Source: Massalongia carnosa (lineage: Eukaryota). From it: a stretch of 64,000 bases of DNA. Position 1 is the stretch's first letter. Every line of letters starts with the position of its first letter. The notes beneath the pieces were generated by a model, which saw only the letters and a program-made list of their open reading frames with translations, searched no databases and was not told where the DNA came from. This document shows, piece after piece, positions 51,001-64,000 of this stretch. The position numbers were made by a program, and so were the translations under genes. Location: assembly GCA_965645245.1 (NCBI GenBank), contig OZ287070.1, positions 1,178,001-1,242,000 of the forward strand, written 5' to 3'.

Positions 51001-54000
51001 AGTTTGGTCCAGAGTGTCTCCAACTAACTCTTCGATGCGATTTCGATGAACCTGAATAGTGCTGATACCAAGTGCTGTTAGGCTAGGTAAAGTTACATGC
51101 GCCATTTCGAAGTTCGTAGAAACAAATGAGACCTTTCCAACGCTAGAATTGACTGACACTTCGCAATGGAGATCGCGGATTAAGCCAAGCGTTAGAATTC
51201 CTGGACGGTCATCTTCAGGCAGATATTTTGTCACGCTAGAAAGTTTCTTCAGCTCCTCGGCCATGTCAGGCAGAGACTGTAGATGCTCAAGCTTGGAGAT
51301 ACTACTTTCTATTGCTTCTACAGTCACGCGTACAACACCTCCTTGGCGTCTTTGGCGTAAGAGCGTATCTAGCAAAATATCATCATCTCTTTCATATTTG
51401 TCTTTAGACGGAGAAAGCAGCGCGAGTAACCGGGCCAAATCAACTTCTTTCGGCGTTGACAAATATTCCATCCTGACGTTTGTCAAGCCCACTTTGATCG
51501 AAGGTTCGTCAATGTTCTGTGACAGGTATGGTCCAGAAAACTTAAGTCTGTCAATTTGGAGACCAACACCTTCCGTTCGACTGACGAGCTTCATTGCCGA
51601 ACTTTCAAGACGAAGCGTACAGTTAGCGCCTTGCAAAATCATGACAAACCCACCAACCCTTGCGGTGATCTTTGGCGTCTCATTTTGGCCTTTCTGAGAG
51701 ATCCTACTTGATGCAGGAGTCTCGAAATGGACTCCACGCAAAGGCTTTGAAGACTGCAGAAGCCCCGGCTTGGCATTAATGACTGTCACAGTTGACATCA
51801 TAGAGCTACCTAGACCTAAAATGCTGCTGAACCCCCCGAACCAGCTAAAAGTCTCATCAAGCCGTCTTAAGTCAAAAGTTACTTGCATCGGCAGCGTTGT
51901 TATCTCAACCTTTGATGATCCACCATTTTGCGTAATATTTAAGATTAGGTCCTTGCCTATCGGAGCCAAAATATCGCGGGTAGAATCTCTCATTTTTAGT
52001 CCTGAGTCGAATGAAAGTATGTTCTCTGAAATATATCCAAATAAGATCTTGCGGAGCGAAAGCGTAGTATTCGTTGAAAACCCGTTCTTGAGAATTACTA
52101 GATCTAGATTATCGATTGAAGCCTTCAAAAGGGTTTCGGCATTGGTATCAAAGGGCCCAGGGATAGGTTTTGAATCTTCCACCTCACCGTTCGAAGTAGT
52201 GAATCCTTTGACTAGATCAAGAAACCTCCAAGTGATGTTTTTCACGCTCATTTTTATATGAGAAGGCGATGGTTCTGCTATCTCGCTAGCATTTTTGGCG
52301 CTGCTCCTAAATTTAAGTAACTCTAAGTGTTGCTGAATGATCATAACAGTCAGCTTCGTGAGAGCCACATCACTAAGTACCTCCACATCACCAATCTCTA
52401 CTGAAGCTGGTTGAAAATATGGTTGATTCGCTATCTCTGACTTGAAGGTATTCAGATCATTGTTTTTGATATCATCTCGACTATGCGGTTTCGCATGATT
52501 AGCTTCGCTCGCTATTCTAGACTGGTTAGATGAAGAAGGTGGACCAATCGCACAGCGCCCTGATTCCTTTTTGGAGGCATTCAGCCCAGTTGTTTCTAAA
52601 GCATCCTTAGGTGAACTAACATCCTGAGGAAGTTTTAGGACGATGGTGTCTATAAAGAAAAATCGTTTCATTATTATGAGAGGATTTTCTGATTCTGCTG
52701 CTGACTCGCCAGCGCCAGAGCCTTGGGAAGAAGAGCCGGCTGGTCGTAGAGCACGACTCTGAACATTTGCTTGAGAGTTTGCTGTAGGACTGGAACTCGA
52801 TGTATGAGAAGAATTAGCACTAGTAGAATTTGAGTCTATCATGGAAGTCTGCTCATTATTGTTTGAAAGCTGTGCTAGCTCAATTGTGGTTGAGCCCTGA
52901 AACGGGTTTGAGTCAGGGGCAAAGGTACGACCCTCCACCCCTTGGTGAAAAGGCGACTCTAAGCTGAGTTGCTCGTTATCAGAGGTAGAGAAATCGCCAA
53001 AACTAGAGATCAAGGCATTGGATTTGCCTGGCCGAGCAGACACAGTGCTCAACGCGCTCATATACATAGACTTTGCTTCTTCAGGACTGAAGATTTTCGA
53101 CTGCGTGAGATCGTCGGAGTCGGATGATAAAGAATCACCTTCATAATCCGAAGGCATCGAAGTAGATTTTAGCTTTTCAAGACCGGTAGAGAGATCGACA
53201 GGTCGTTCGCCTTGGAACATGTCATGACCTCTGATCATAGCCATAGAAGAACGAGAGCCAGACCGAGAGCCGAAGCTTTCCTCTGCATGTAAATTCAGAC
53301 TGGAAGTTGGAGCAGGTTTAGCTCGCGTTCCTTTAGCGGAACCATAGGCTACTCTAACGTGCTGCTCATGTTTCTCTGTAGAGAAATGCGTAAATGGTTT
53401 CTCATTTTCAATTCCGTCGAATCCACGAAGCCCAAAATGTGGCTTAGATAGGGCGGTAGAACTTCCGGCAAGCTCCTCATTTTCCGAATTTGAATAGAAG
53501 GAGTCTGCAAGAACGCTATCCTCATATTGGCTTTCTCCAAGACGCGAGTCGTATGCAGGGCTAGGCGCCTCTCCTATTTCATCGCCATATTTAAAGGCAG
53601 CAAGTCGGCCGCTATCAGTATGCACAAATGAAGTTTCAAGATTTGATGGGTTCATGGGGCGATCCCGGACATATGTCTCCGTAGATCTTGTGAGTCCAGG
53701 AGCTGCATTTGAAGACGTCGAAATGGATTGAGATGTCGGGCTACTAGTTCTTCTATCGAGGCTTGTATGGGTGGCCGCAGGAGAAGAAGGTATGACAAAG
53801 CGCGAAAGATTCGCAAATAATGTGGCATCAGATACGAGCATAACTTGAATGCGATTCATTGAAATACGGCGAATCACTTGGCCCAACGTTCGAGGCGGTT
53901 CAGCAGTAGTATTTGCTGTAGCATTTATATCTTTCCCAAACTGGTCCAGGCTTGATGGAATGTTCGCGACCCCCTGAAGCTCTAGGTCTCCGATGGAAAA

Positions 54001-54917
54001 TCGGATTGTTACAGCCTCTGATCCATCGGTAGGTTTCCTCGCCGAAGATCCCAAAGGAAATTCAAAGTCGATTTTTAGGTCTAGCCTCACATCTTTGACT
54101 TTTAGCTGTAGTCGGTCTCCAACCCCTTTCAAAAAATCTGCAAGGAATCCAGGCAGGGAAAGTGAATTTCCAACCCCCAATTCAGATGACTCGTTTTCCG
54201 ACTCACCGAGTTCGGGCGATTGTTCGAAATAGCTGGAGTGTGCTATATCTGCTTCCAGCTCCCTTTTCTCTTTTTGCGGCTCTGCTTGTAGAAATGATTG
54301 GGCAAGATCCGCTGTTGTGGGCAGCTTCTCCGAGACATCTTCCTTCCCGCCTGTATCATCTTTCCTGATTTTTGTGCTCCACCCAGCGAGTGGCCCGCCA
54401 GGGTCATGGATGTGGGACTGAGAAATCGGTCGATCCGCGTGGACACCTTTAGGTAGCGGTTCCTGCCCACGACTTGATCTTGAGTTTACACCGCTCCCCG
54501 TTTCCCTAAGCCTTGTTTCAAACTGAGCATTTATTCCCTCGACTTCAACTAAAATTCCGCTTTTGTAAAGATCGGCAGGAATGGTAACTCGGAGCAAATA
54601 GATGCGTGCCTTCAGTAGCACGAGACTTTGCGGAAGCTTCAACACAGAAGCAAGTTTCTAGCATGAAGCTAATCAGCGGGAAGAACTTTACTGACCGGGT
54701 ATTACGCTCTGCAAGCAATGTGAAATATCTTGCGGTCAAATTTTTCCAAACATACCTTTAGATGTACGCCAACATCGCGTAGCTCGACAGTGCTTTTCCT
54801 TCCCCATGCTATATCCAACTTATCCAGGCCTAGATCTTCTGTGTCTAATAGCTCAAGTCGAGATAACGCATACCTCAGAATTCGCTTCTGGACGAACGAA
54901 GGCAAGAAGTAGGTCAT
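48088..54917 (-). CDS. ATG2: Autophagy-related lipid transfer protein 2 (4 exons)
   Basis: Chorein-N start ([15 protein letters not shown]), [53 protein letters not shown]-terminal PTVILRP..RRRIED-KYKRH*. Confidence 0.97.
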
Positions 54918-55461
54918 GTTAACTAGCTGCGGCGCTGTCAAACCAGCATGAATACTATCGGTATATCATAATGAAGAATCCTGAAGCTCAAAGTTTGAAG
55001 TAAGCTGGATATATTTAGCTGAGTGAAAGAGGAGCATGTAGAGTACTTTGGGCGCTGCCAGCGTATTTGTATTTTTGTAACTATGGTATACAGCGTGGTT
55101 GGATTCGTTTCAAATAGGCCTAAGCTGTGACGGTGAGATACGGAGCATCTAAATATTACTAGCATCAAACCGCCACTTAATCTAGTACATAGAAACCCTA
55201 GGTCCTGTGGCGCAACAGCACATGATGTGGCTTGCTGACATATTCGCTTGAGGCTCTGCAGTAATGTTACGCTACCACTACCTTATCGCCCTGCATGATA
55301 CCTAGTTAGGTATTAAACGAAATCTTATCATGTCCAGTAATTTAAGTGAAGACGTAAATGTTGAGCCTGATCGAAAGTCACTTCAATTATTTTAACTCCA
55401 GTGGTCTTCATGTTCTTCATCTATCGTTGAAAACTGAATAAAACGCTAATCCTGTTCGGTC

Positions 55462-57210
55462 TTATTCATCATCGCTACCATAGTCACCAGCATGCTCCAT
55501 TACGATCCATTCGCAGAACTTATTCCATTCAGCGTGAAACTCCCTCAACCGCGCGGCTCGAATGCCATCGCCAAAGACACCGTCCTTGATGTCTTTGTTC
55601 CATTCTTTAGTCGTTTGATCGGGGCTGAATGCTGCATAGCGCACGCTATTTTCTGCCAAAGAACCCAGACCTTCCAGACCAAGGCTTTCCCATCCTTGAA
55701 ACGCCTGCCAGAAGTCATGGGACGTGCCGTTGGTTCCTTGACCCAAAATTGCTGGGTCATCGTTGCACAACGCAACTGCAACTCCTCGAGACAAGAGAGC
55801 AGGTAAAGGGTGAGACCTGATCGAGCTTGTTAGTCGTAGCACTTCATTAGAAATCGGGCATGATTCTATCAAGATCTTCTTCTGCTTCACCATCTCGATC
55901 AACAAAGGATGCTTGTACAAGGAAAAACCGTGTCCTATTCGACGAGTCCCAAGTAATATGGCGTCGAATAGGTTTTGGTCCGTGTCATCGCCGTCTCCCA
56001 AACATTCACCGGCATGGAAGAAGAACGGAATGTCCACATTGCTTTCCACACATCTCTTTCGAAACCAGAAGAACTCAGGGGTTAAGTCCACAAGAGTTCG
56101 TCCCAGATCCTCCTGCCCAACTACATCAAATCCAGATACCAATTCCGGATATTTTTGTTTGATCAAGATGCATTCCTTCATGCTTTCAACCATCTGTCTC
56201 TTTCCGAAGGATCTCAAAGTGGTCCAAATGAACCTGCAGCCCCAAAATTTAGCACCTTCTACTGTTCTCTGAAAATTTTCAACTTCTTCGCCGAACACGC
56301 GGAAAAATTCTTGATATCCTTCTTCCGGTTCCTCGGAGCCTTCCCTGTAATAATCAAAGATAAAGGCTAGACGGAGGTCAACCCACCGTAAACCATCATC
56401 CGCTAGGTCTCTAAGCAAATGCTGTATTGAAGCCCGAAGGATTGGCTCATAACCTATCATTGAGTTCAATATGGGAAAACAGCTTTTGAACTTCTCCCAT
56501 ACCGCATCCAACCCGTGATGATGATCGAGAGATTCTTCCAGCGTAATTGTGCATCTCCCCTTTAGCCAAACTTTAAAGCCTTGTAGACCCCCTTCTGGGA
56601 AGTTTGCTGCTGCTAGCTTCAAGGGTACCATCTTGTTGGGATCATACTCTTCGTCCCAGATTGAGTTTGGATGGGTTGGTGTTATCTTTTTGTACCGAAA
56701 TGATACATGACCACTTGCCCTTGACTCTACCGTAACTAATCCTTTATCAGCTTGGATGGCCATTCCATCCGTTGATAGTACTTGCTCAATCAACCAGTCT
56801 AGGTCAATCATAGCGTCGAAATGGGCGTGTAGTAATGCTCCTTTGGGCATTTTTTTGATTATCTGCCAAGACTTTGTCGTCTCCATCCTTTCCTTGGCGA
56901 GCGTGAACATCATGCCTGGATAGTAGTTTACCCCTTCACGGCTAGGTGAAGGCTCCTGATGGTCGTTTGTCCATATCGTCCGTAGCTCTTCAGCCCGTAT
57001 TCTGGATAGAATGGCACAAGCTTCCACCGCGAGCGGGTTGAGCGACTGACGAAAGGCGTAATCACTTCGCTGCGTCTTTTCCTGCTCAATGAGTGCCTCG
57101 CGTCCTTCCAAGTATCTTTGGACGAACTGGTCGGTCGGTTGAGGCAAACCTTCCCCAGTCTCCCAGGCCGAGATGTCTGCCTCGGGCTCGGTAAAAGAGT
57201 TAGATGCCAT
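55462..57210 (-). CDS. Adenosine deaminase, ADGF/CECR1 (ADA2)-like, intronless, no signal peptide
   Basis: MPKGALLHAH, GFDVVGQED, FFFHAGE, NLFDAILLGTRRIGHG, ESCPISNE, NDDP catalytic motifs. Confidence 0.93.
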   Translation of the reverse strand: MASNSFTEPEADISAWETGEGLPQPTDQFVQRYLEGREALIEQEKTQRSDYAFRQSLNPLAVEACAILSRIRAEELRTIWTNDHQEPSPSREGVNYYPGMMFTLAKERMETTKSWQIIKKMPKGALLHAHFDAMIDLDWLIEQVLSTDGMAIQADKGLVTVESRASGHVSFRYKKITPTHPNSIWDEEYDPNKMVPLKLAAANFPEGGLQGFKVWLKGRCTITLEESLDHHHGLDAVWEKFKSCFPILNSMIGYEPILRASIQHLLRDLADDGLRWVDLRLAFIFDYYREGSEEPEEGYQEFFRVFGEEVENFQRTVEGAKFWGCRFIWTTLRSFGKRQMVESMKECILIKQKYPELVSGFDVVGQEDLGRTLVDLTPEFFWFRKRCVESNVDIPFFFHAGECLGDGDDTDQNLFDAILLGTRRIGHGFSLYKHPLLIEMVKQKKILIESCPISNEVLRLTSSIRSHPLPALLSRGVAVALCNDDPAILGQGTNGTSHDFWQAFQGWESLGLEGLGSLAENSVRYAAFSPDQTTKEWNKDIKDGVFGDGIRAARLREFHAEWNKFCEWIVMEHAGDYGSDDE

Positions 57211-57637
57211 ACAGAGTTAGCAGGCAACGATTTGGCCTGGATCTTGGGGCTAATTATGGGCGTGAGGTCAAGACTCAGAGTACCGCCTCACAGTGCTAAG
57301 TTTGACGATGAAAACAACTCCAACTCTAAACGGTTCGCTGAGTGCAGAGTGAATGATAGGTTTCTTTCAAGCAAGCCATCGCCAGGGGTACTCCCGATTA
57401 GTCTTTCGTCGCCGAAGAAGGATGCATCAGCCCTACTTGTACCTTGGGTCTTCTTGGCGCCGTTGATGCACTCTCAAACGCTCGGGGTATTTAAATCCCT
57501 CTACAGAGTACTCTATGGGTAACCGACCACCGTCCGCGCTATTCATGATCTTAACGCACGAGAATGTGCCACAGACTACGGAAGTACTCTGTACAGACTA
57601 GTGAAAGGGCCTGCAAGTGGAATGCACAACATCGGCC

Positions 57638-57884
57638 GATAAGGAAGGTTTGATGGCTTTGGAAACGGCATTTCCCCCGACACTCACCTTACATAACAAG
57701 TTAATCATCGCTTCGCCGTCCCTTTCAACTCGCTTTCTCGGGTGTAACCAACATGCTGTCCAGTTCATCTCTGTGTTTCTGAGTGCCTATCTCGGCTTTG
57801 ACCGTTGAATGTGGTAAGGCGCGGGAGGTACTCTGTGCCTTAGACAAGAGACGAGTCGAAGACCGATCTGCGTGGGCTCTTATC
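57638..57884. promoter_or_regulatory. GATA sites and a CGG-N6-CCG (UaY/Ppr1-type Zn2Cys6) site in the ADA-CNT divergent promoter
   Basis: GATAAG 57638-57643, CGGCTTTGACCG 57793-57804, CTTATC 57879-57884. Confidence 0.4.
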
Positions 57885-58078
57885 GCTGGGATTCCCTATG
57901 TGCAGTTAGATCTAATGTAGCCTACGTTTACTTAATGAGAGATGTACCCGTCGCTGTCCTATCAATTGATCGATTCCATTTTTCTCCGCATGAGATCTGG
58001 GTGGTGTTGTTGCTTGTGCAGCCAAAATAAGTTTGCGTGCTGTGCACCTTGCGATTGTTTCCACGACTCTTTTCATCT

Positions 58079-60381
58079 ATGGCCGCACCAGGACACGACG
58101 ATGTCATGGCCGACGGCCTGCACAATACTTCGAACCAGCGTCATGTAGAGGTGAATCATGATCCCGCTCTAGCCCTAGACCGCGAGCACCACCATGCGCA
58201 TCTGCACCATGATGCCCATGCCGAACAAGGCCGGGAAGATGAAGTGGTCTATTCCATTGGCACCACATTTGAAAAGAGCACGATACCACAGCAAGACCCT
58301 CAAGACCACGACCTGCATAGGCGTCATCATCCTAGTAAGCATCAAGGCGCAATGGAGGTTATCGATGCTGAAAAGGGCATAATGAGCCCGGCGCCTCTGG
58401 AGGAGGAGGACCCTCAATCCCACAAGGTGTCGGCGTTCTATGTCAAGTATCGAATATTCTTCCATCTCTTCGTATGGCTGTTCTTTACAGGGTAGGTAGA
58501 GGGTATGTTTTCGTTAAAGCTGGTATGCCTTATTATACTCGGCGAATTTGGAATCGATCCAAACATATCTCCCATCAGCCTGGTTTGATGGTGTTCTTGG
58601 GATACTCTTCGTTTTTGTAGATGGATTTGATATAGGACATAAGCTAATATTGCCTAAGCTGGTGGATTGCAAGCTTGGTGCTTCATCGCAGTGATGCGCT
58701 CAGCTCGAGCACCGGCTGGCTCAAACCTTTCCTCGTCTACCTCGCCATTTCTCTTCGGATCTTCTTCTTCCACGCACCTATATCCATTGTGACGAAGCCT
58801 ATGCATTTTGTGTGGAGGAACACTGGCCCAAGGATTACCAACATGATTCCGGAAAAGCTCAGGATTCCCGCAGGCGCAGCGATTGTCATCGCGGTCATGT
58901 TGATTGGAGGCTTTGCAAGCCCTGAAAGTCGAGACAATACGCGCGGCAATCGAGCCATCAGCCTATTTGGGCTGGCCCTCATCATTTTCGTCATGTGGGC
59001 CACATCCAAGCACAGGAGTATGGTGAAGTGGCATACAGTCATTGTGGGAATGCTGGTGCAGTTCCTCGTTGCTCTTTTTGTCCTCCGATCAAAAGTGGGC
59101 TGTAAGTGTGGAGGACTATTTGCCTGTGTGTTTTTTTGCTAATATCCATTTAGTCGATATCTTTGCCTTCGTCTCTGAACTCGCTAGAGACTTGTTAGGT
59201 TTTGCGGATCAAGGGACGATTTTCTTGACCGCTTCGACAGTGCCGCCGCTTCACTGGTTTCTTGTTGGGGTTCTCCCCGCCGTGATTTTTTTCGTTGCTC
59301 TCGTTCAGCTCTTCTACTATCTGGGTGTGCTTCAATGGTTCATTGGTAAATTCGCCGTCTTCTTTTTCTGGTCCATGCGAGTCTCCGGTGCCGAAGCCGT
59401 TGTCGCTGCTGCATCCCCGTTCATCGGGCAGGGCGAATCCGCTATACTCATCAAACCATTTGTGGCGCATCTCACCCAAGCCGAGCTCCATCAAATCATG
59501 TGCTCCGGCTTCGCCACCATTGCTGGAAGCGTTCTCGTGGCCTACATCTCCCTGGGCGTGAATGGCCAGGCCCTGATCTCGTCTTGCATCATGAGCATCC
59601 CCGCCAGCCTAGCGATTAGCAAGCTCCGGTACCCGGAAACAGAGGAGACCCTCACCACCGGCCGATGTGTGGTGCCGGATGACGACGAACACCGCGCCGC
59701 CAATTCCCTGCACGCGTTCGCCAACGGCGCCTGGCTAGGACTGAAGATTGCAGGCATGATTCTTTCAACGCTACTCTGCATCATCGCTCTCTTAGGGCTG
59801 GCGAACGGCCTTCTCACCTGGTGGGGCCGATACCTCAACATCAACGATCCCCCCTTGACCATCGAGCTCATCGTCGGCTACATCTGCTATCCCATTGCCT
59901 TTCTCCTCGGTGTTCCCCGCAACGGTGATCTCCTCAAGGTCGGCCAGCTAATCGGCACCAAGCTCATTGCCGTAAGCCCTCTGCCCAACCCTTCAGCCTC
60001 AAACTGTTCACCCGTTCCTTCCACCATGTGTGTATACCATATTCGATTTTACTAACTTTCATTCCATTTCTTTGATGTCCCCAAAAGAACGAATTCGTCG
60101 CTTACACCGCCCTGCAAACTGATCCTACCTACGCCGACCTGTCCCCCCGCTCCCGCCTTATCGCCACGTACGCACTGTGTGGTTTCGCCAACATCGGCTC
60201 TCTTGGCACTCAGATCGGCGTGCTCTCGCAAATCGCGCCGGGACGCAGCGGTGACGTGAGTCGCTTGGCGGTGTCGGCATTGATCGCCGGCGCGCTGAGC
60301 ACGCTGACCAGCGCGAGCATTGCGGGCTTGTTGGTGACGGATCAGGCGGCGTATTTCACGCCGAAGCCGGCAGGCGGGTAG
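58079..60381 (+). CDS. Concentrative H+/nucleoside cotransporter (CNT/SLC28; 4 exons)
   Basis: SGAEAVVAAASPFIGQGE, ELHQIMCSGFATIAGSV, SKLRYPE, KLIA-NEFVAY, TYALCGFANIGSLG.QIG. His-rich N-terminus. Confidence 0.95.
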
Positions 60382-60876
60382 AGATAGGTCTTATATGGGA
60401 ATACTTTCATGAGTTTCTATGGCATTTGACGGATATATGTATGAGGGGCTTGATCGTGACCATATCCCCAGGTAGCAATGGAGGAATTGGTGGATTAACA
60501 ATAGAGTGAGTACGTGTGCACCTGATACAAGATCTAAAGCCCATGATGAAAGAAGTCTTCCTGGTCAGAACCTTGGCCTGCTCTACTAATGCTCTCCCTC
60601 TCCCTACCGGTGCTAGCTACTCAATTGAATTACAACCTTAAAACGAAGAGCTGCATGAGCCCGACATCAAGGGCTTAAAGCTTCTGGCTTCTTTGAACAT
60701 TAATACTAGAGTTCCCATCGCAAGACGTTAACGCATAGGCGTCACATGATACCCAATGCAATGCAGCGCAATGATCCTACCAATGCCATCGCAACCAGGA
60801 CTCGCCGACCGCATACTCCAAGGCCTGATCGCCCATCAAGCACTCTGCCCCAACCCAGAATTATGATACGTTTCTT

Positions 60877-61581
60877 CTAGTCTTCATCAATATCCTCATG
60901 GCGCCCCAAGACCAGCTTCTTGAACTCAGCAGGATCCGAATCCCACAGCTGCGCTGCTTGACCGTTAAGTGGACTCGCGCTGTTGTGGCGATATCAAGTC
61001 AGCAGGCAACACCCCACGAAGACAACTCTGGAAAATTTACGGGAAAAAGATAAATCTTACTTGTTGGGTTCGCCGAGTAAGCTCTGCAAACTTAGGAGTA
61101 CGCTTCGTACGTTGTATACTGCGCTCCATTTATCCTTTAGGATATCCAGGCAGATTCGACCCGAGAAATCCACGTTGGGGTGATAAATGGGGGTTTTAAA
61201 TAGCACGGTTGGGGGAGCATAGGGATACGAGGAGGGAAAGACAAATGACAGCTTGAAGGTAAGGGATGCGTAGGGGGTTTCGGCCGGACCGGCGATGGTG
61301 GCGGTCCAGGCAAGAAGGTTTGATGGGGTGTTTGGAAAAGCAGAGATGCCGGGTGTAGAGGATAGCATTAATTCCATCAACTCTTTTTGGAGGCTGAATG
61401 TAGGAACCATGGTTAGTATTTCTTATCCGAAGGGAGCTGCAAAGTCAACAGAATTGTGGGTTTACCGTTTGGTGACGCTATGAGTATCTTGCCTACGGGG
61501 AACTGCCGAAAGCTTGGCCGCTTCATGAAGAGTGGGCTGGCCAGGTGCCGAGTTCTGTGTGTCTTCCATGTTGTAGGCCAT
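60877..61581 (-). CDS. Ubiquitin-conjugating enzyme E2-C (UbcH10/Ubc11 type; 3 exons)
   Basis: [58 protein letters not shown]. Confidence 0.92.
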
Positions 61582-61805
61582 ACTTGATTGTGAGGGGTTT
61601 AGATGTTGTTGATGGGAAAAAGGTAGTTCAGTAAAGCTTCTGAAGCGGATCCGAAGCTATCTCAAACGGTAGTGACTAGTTGGGAATGTTTAGTTGTGGA
61701 TAATCGAGATATTTGCTGGAATAGTTGGAGAGGAAGGTGAAGTTTTTATGAACGAAGGGGATAGGAAGTGATGGGGGATCTGTATTTTGGAAACTCTTTA
61801 TCCGT

Positions 61806-61983
61806 TTGTTTACGGAGGCATTTTCGTGTTTCTTAGAGCAACCGCAGGTTTGACAAGGATTAGAGATCAAACGCTTTCCGCATATGACTTAGATGGGCGG
61901 CTCGTTTTTCCGGTGAGGCTCTAAGAAACCACTTTACGCGGTCAAACGTCAAATTTTCAAACAAGAACGTGTCCAGGACGCGT
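61806..61983. promoter_or_regulatory. Forkhead site and MCB elements in the UbcH10-CHK1 divergent promoter
   Basis: TTGTTTAC 61806-61813, ACGCG 61936-61940, ACGCGT 61978-61983. Confidence 0.45.
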
Positions 61984-62154
61984 TTAATAGATCAATCATT
62001 GGCTGCAGAGTGCTCTGTACGGAGTACCTACTCTGTGTTGCGACCATATGCACTTTACGTTCTGCACTCTGCACCTGCACTTCGCCGTTTAGCTGACATG
62101 GGAAAAACACCTACAAACCGCAAAGCATAATAGGTCTACGCCAAAACACGGAAT

Positions 62155-63837
62155 ATGATCGCCCATTCGCAGTTGGCACCGCTTCCCAACGAGTTACCGT
62201 TTCGCATCATCTCTAAAACAATTGGCCAAGGAGCTTACGCGTGGTAAGCTGTACAGCTTCACGCTATTTTGTTCCCGACTTGACAATTGACACCTAGCAT
62301 CAAGAAAGCTGCGCCATTGAAAGCTTCAAAACCGGTCTTCGCTGTCAAGTTCATTCACAAGGAGTATGCGGTCCGGCACGGTCGCCTCACGCCGCATCAA
62401 CTGAACCTAGAAATTAGTCTGCATCATCACCTCGGACACCATGCCAACATTGTACAATTCTTCAACTCGGGGGAGGATCCTTCGTGGAGATGGATAGCAA
62501 TGGAGCTTGCCGAAGGTGGGGACCTCTTCGACAAAATCGAGTCAGATGTGGGGGTTGGTGAGGATATTGCGCACTTCTATTTTACGCAACTCATCAGTGC
62601 TGTGAGCTACATGCACTCGAAAGGTGTGGGGCATCGTGATATTAAGCCAGAAAATATTCTTTTATCCGCTGAAGGTGATTTGAAGATTGCCGATTTTGGA
62701 TTGGCAACCCTGTTTGAACACAATGGCATTAAAAAGCTATGTAAAACTAGTTGTGGAAGCCCTCCTTATACCGCACCCGAAGTCGTGACTTGTGACACGA
62801 GAATGGTAAAGAAGCTTGGGAAAGGCTATTATGGCAATCTTGTGGACATCTGGTCCTGCGGCGTAGTTCTCTTCGTGCTTTTGGTTGGAAACACGCCATG
62901 GGACGAACCGTTAGACCGGAGTTACGAGTTTCATGAGTACGTGGAGACGAACGGGCGTCCGAATGATGAGTTGTGGAACAATCTGCCTTCCGAAACTCTC
63001 TCGCTTCTTCGCGGTATGATGCGAGTTGAGCCCTCAGAGCGATCTTCGCTCGCAGATGTGCGGCGCCATCCATGGTTCACGAGGAAGAACAAATTCCTGA
63101 CGCCTGACGGCAAGCTCGAGAACCCCTTGGTATTAGCCACCCAGATGTTCGAGAGGATGAAGATCGACTTTTCCCAAGACCCTATGGCCTCCCAGCGAAG
63201 CCAGCGTTCCGCAGATGCAATGGATCTCGACAGCCAGGACTGGGCGGCTACATTCGCATCGACGCAGCCGGAGACTCCTACTAGCGACATCATGTTTGAC
63301 TGGGAGCGCCCTCCTCGGGTCATGGCGAACGAGAGGATATCGGCCAGTCAGCCCGCTGCCAACGACGCAATGGCGATTACGACCTCTGTCGCGTGGGACG
63401 ACAAGCTGGCGGAGGAACCCTCGTTTTCCCAATTCTCCAGCACGCCCTCTGTGCCTCTCAGCCGCACGCAATTCGCACAGCAGTTCCGCGACATCGTCCC
63501 CTCGCACTCCCTCACCCGCTTCTTCTCTCTCTGGCCCCTCGAAGCGCTGCAGTCCAGCATCTCCGAGGCTCTCCTCCGCCTGCACACGCCCACGCCCAAG
63601 ATGCCGCAATTCGCACACCACACGCTCGACGGAGCCATGTGGATCAAGATCCGGACCGCCGACAGCAGGAACTGTCCCATGAGCGGCGACGTGGTGATCG
63701 AGAGGCTGACCAGCGCTGATGACTATATTCTCGAAGTCAACTTCGTCAAGGCCAAGGGCGACCCGGTGGAGTGGAGACGGTTTTTCAAAAAGGTTGTTGT
63801 TTTGTGCAAGGACGCCGTATACAAGCCCGAGGGCTGA
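62155..63837 (+). CDS. CHK1: Checkpoint kinase Chk1 (2 exons)
   Basis: SQLAPLP..LPFRIISKTIGQGAYA, MELAEGGDLFDKIE, HRDIKPEN, CGSPPY.APE, LVGNTPWDEP, ASTQP, LTRFFS, C-terminal KA1 (KGDPVEWRRFFKKV). Confidence 0.95.
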
Positions 63838-64000
63838 AATAGATATCCTGCTAAGAGCAGCTTCATGGGGAAATCCGGAATTTATCATGAAGCATAGCAT
63901 TAGATAGATAGAGTAAGAGGCGATTTTTCCGCATGACTTGTCTATAGCTTTTAGTCCCAGGCTTGCTGACTACGTTGCATTTCACGGCTGCATCCTTAGA

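Noticed and set aside
54659..54755. Possible twin intron or micro-exon in ATG2 intron 1 (internal CAG and GTCAGT)
   Set aside because: The 13-nt micro-exon would break the frame, and the second intron would be only ~38 nt.

Overview
Gene-dense eukaryotic DNA from a filamentous ascomycete (Pezizomycotina; short GT-AG introns with CTRAY branch sites). About 19 host genes can be read: ELL-like factor, DUF2237, Rad1 (9-1-1), GCN5, CSN7, Ccc2-type Cu-ATPase, Rmd8-like DUF155, a TEA/AbaA-like factor, MRD1, dynein light chain, DUR3, a large low-complexity membrane-anchored protein, ATG2, an ADA2-like deaminase, a CNT nucleoside transporter, UbcH10-type E2 and CHK1. Two further multi-exon genes are missed or only fragmentarily captured by the ORF track. 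One is a secreted 8-Cys protein with 21- and 9-nt micro-exons. The other is a 7-exon zinc-ribbon gene whose second intron needs a non-canonical GA donor. There is also an intronic box C/D snoRNA (snR64/SNORD74-like) in MRD1, plus adjacent Tc1/mariner and Mutator elements with TIRs and TSDs. The most notable signals are unusual splicing (GA-AG, GC-AG, many AAG acceptors, a possibly newly intronised stop-containing segment), a head-to-head nucleoside uptake/deamination pair, and a recurrent intergenic 9-mer TAC[AG]GAGTA. All gene models were derived by eye; family calls come from motif recognition, not database searches.
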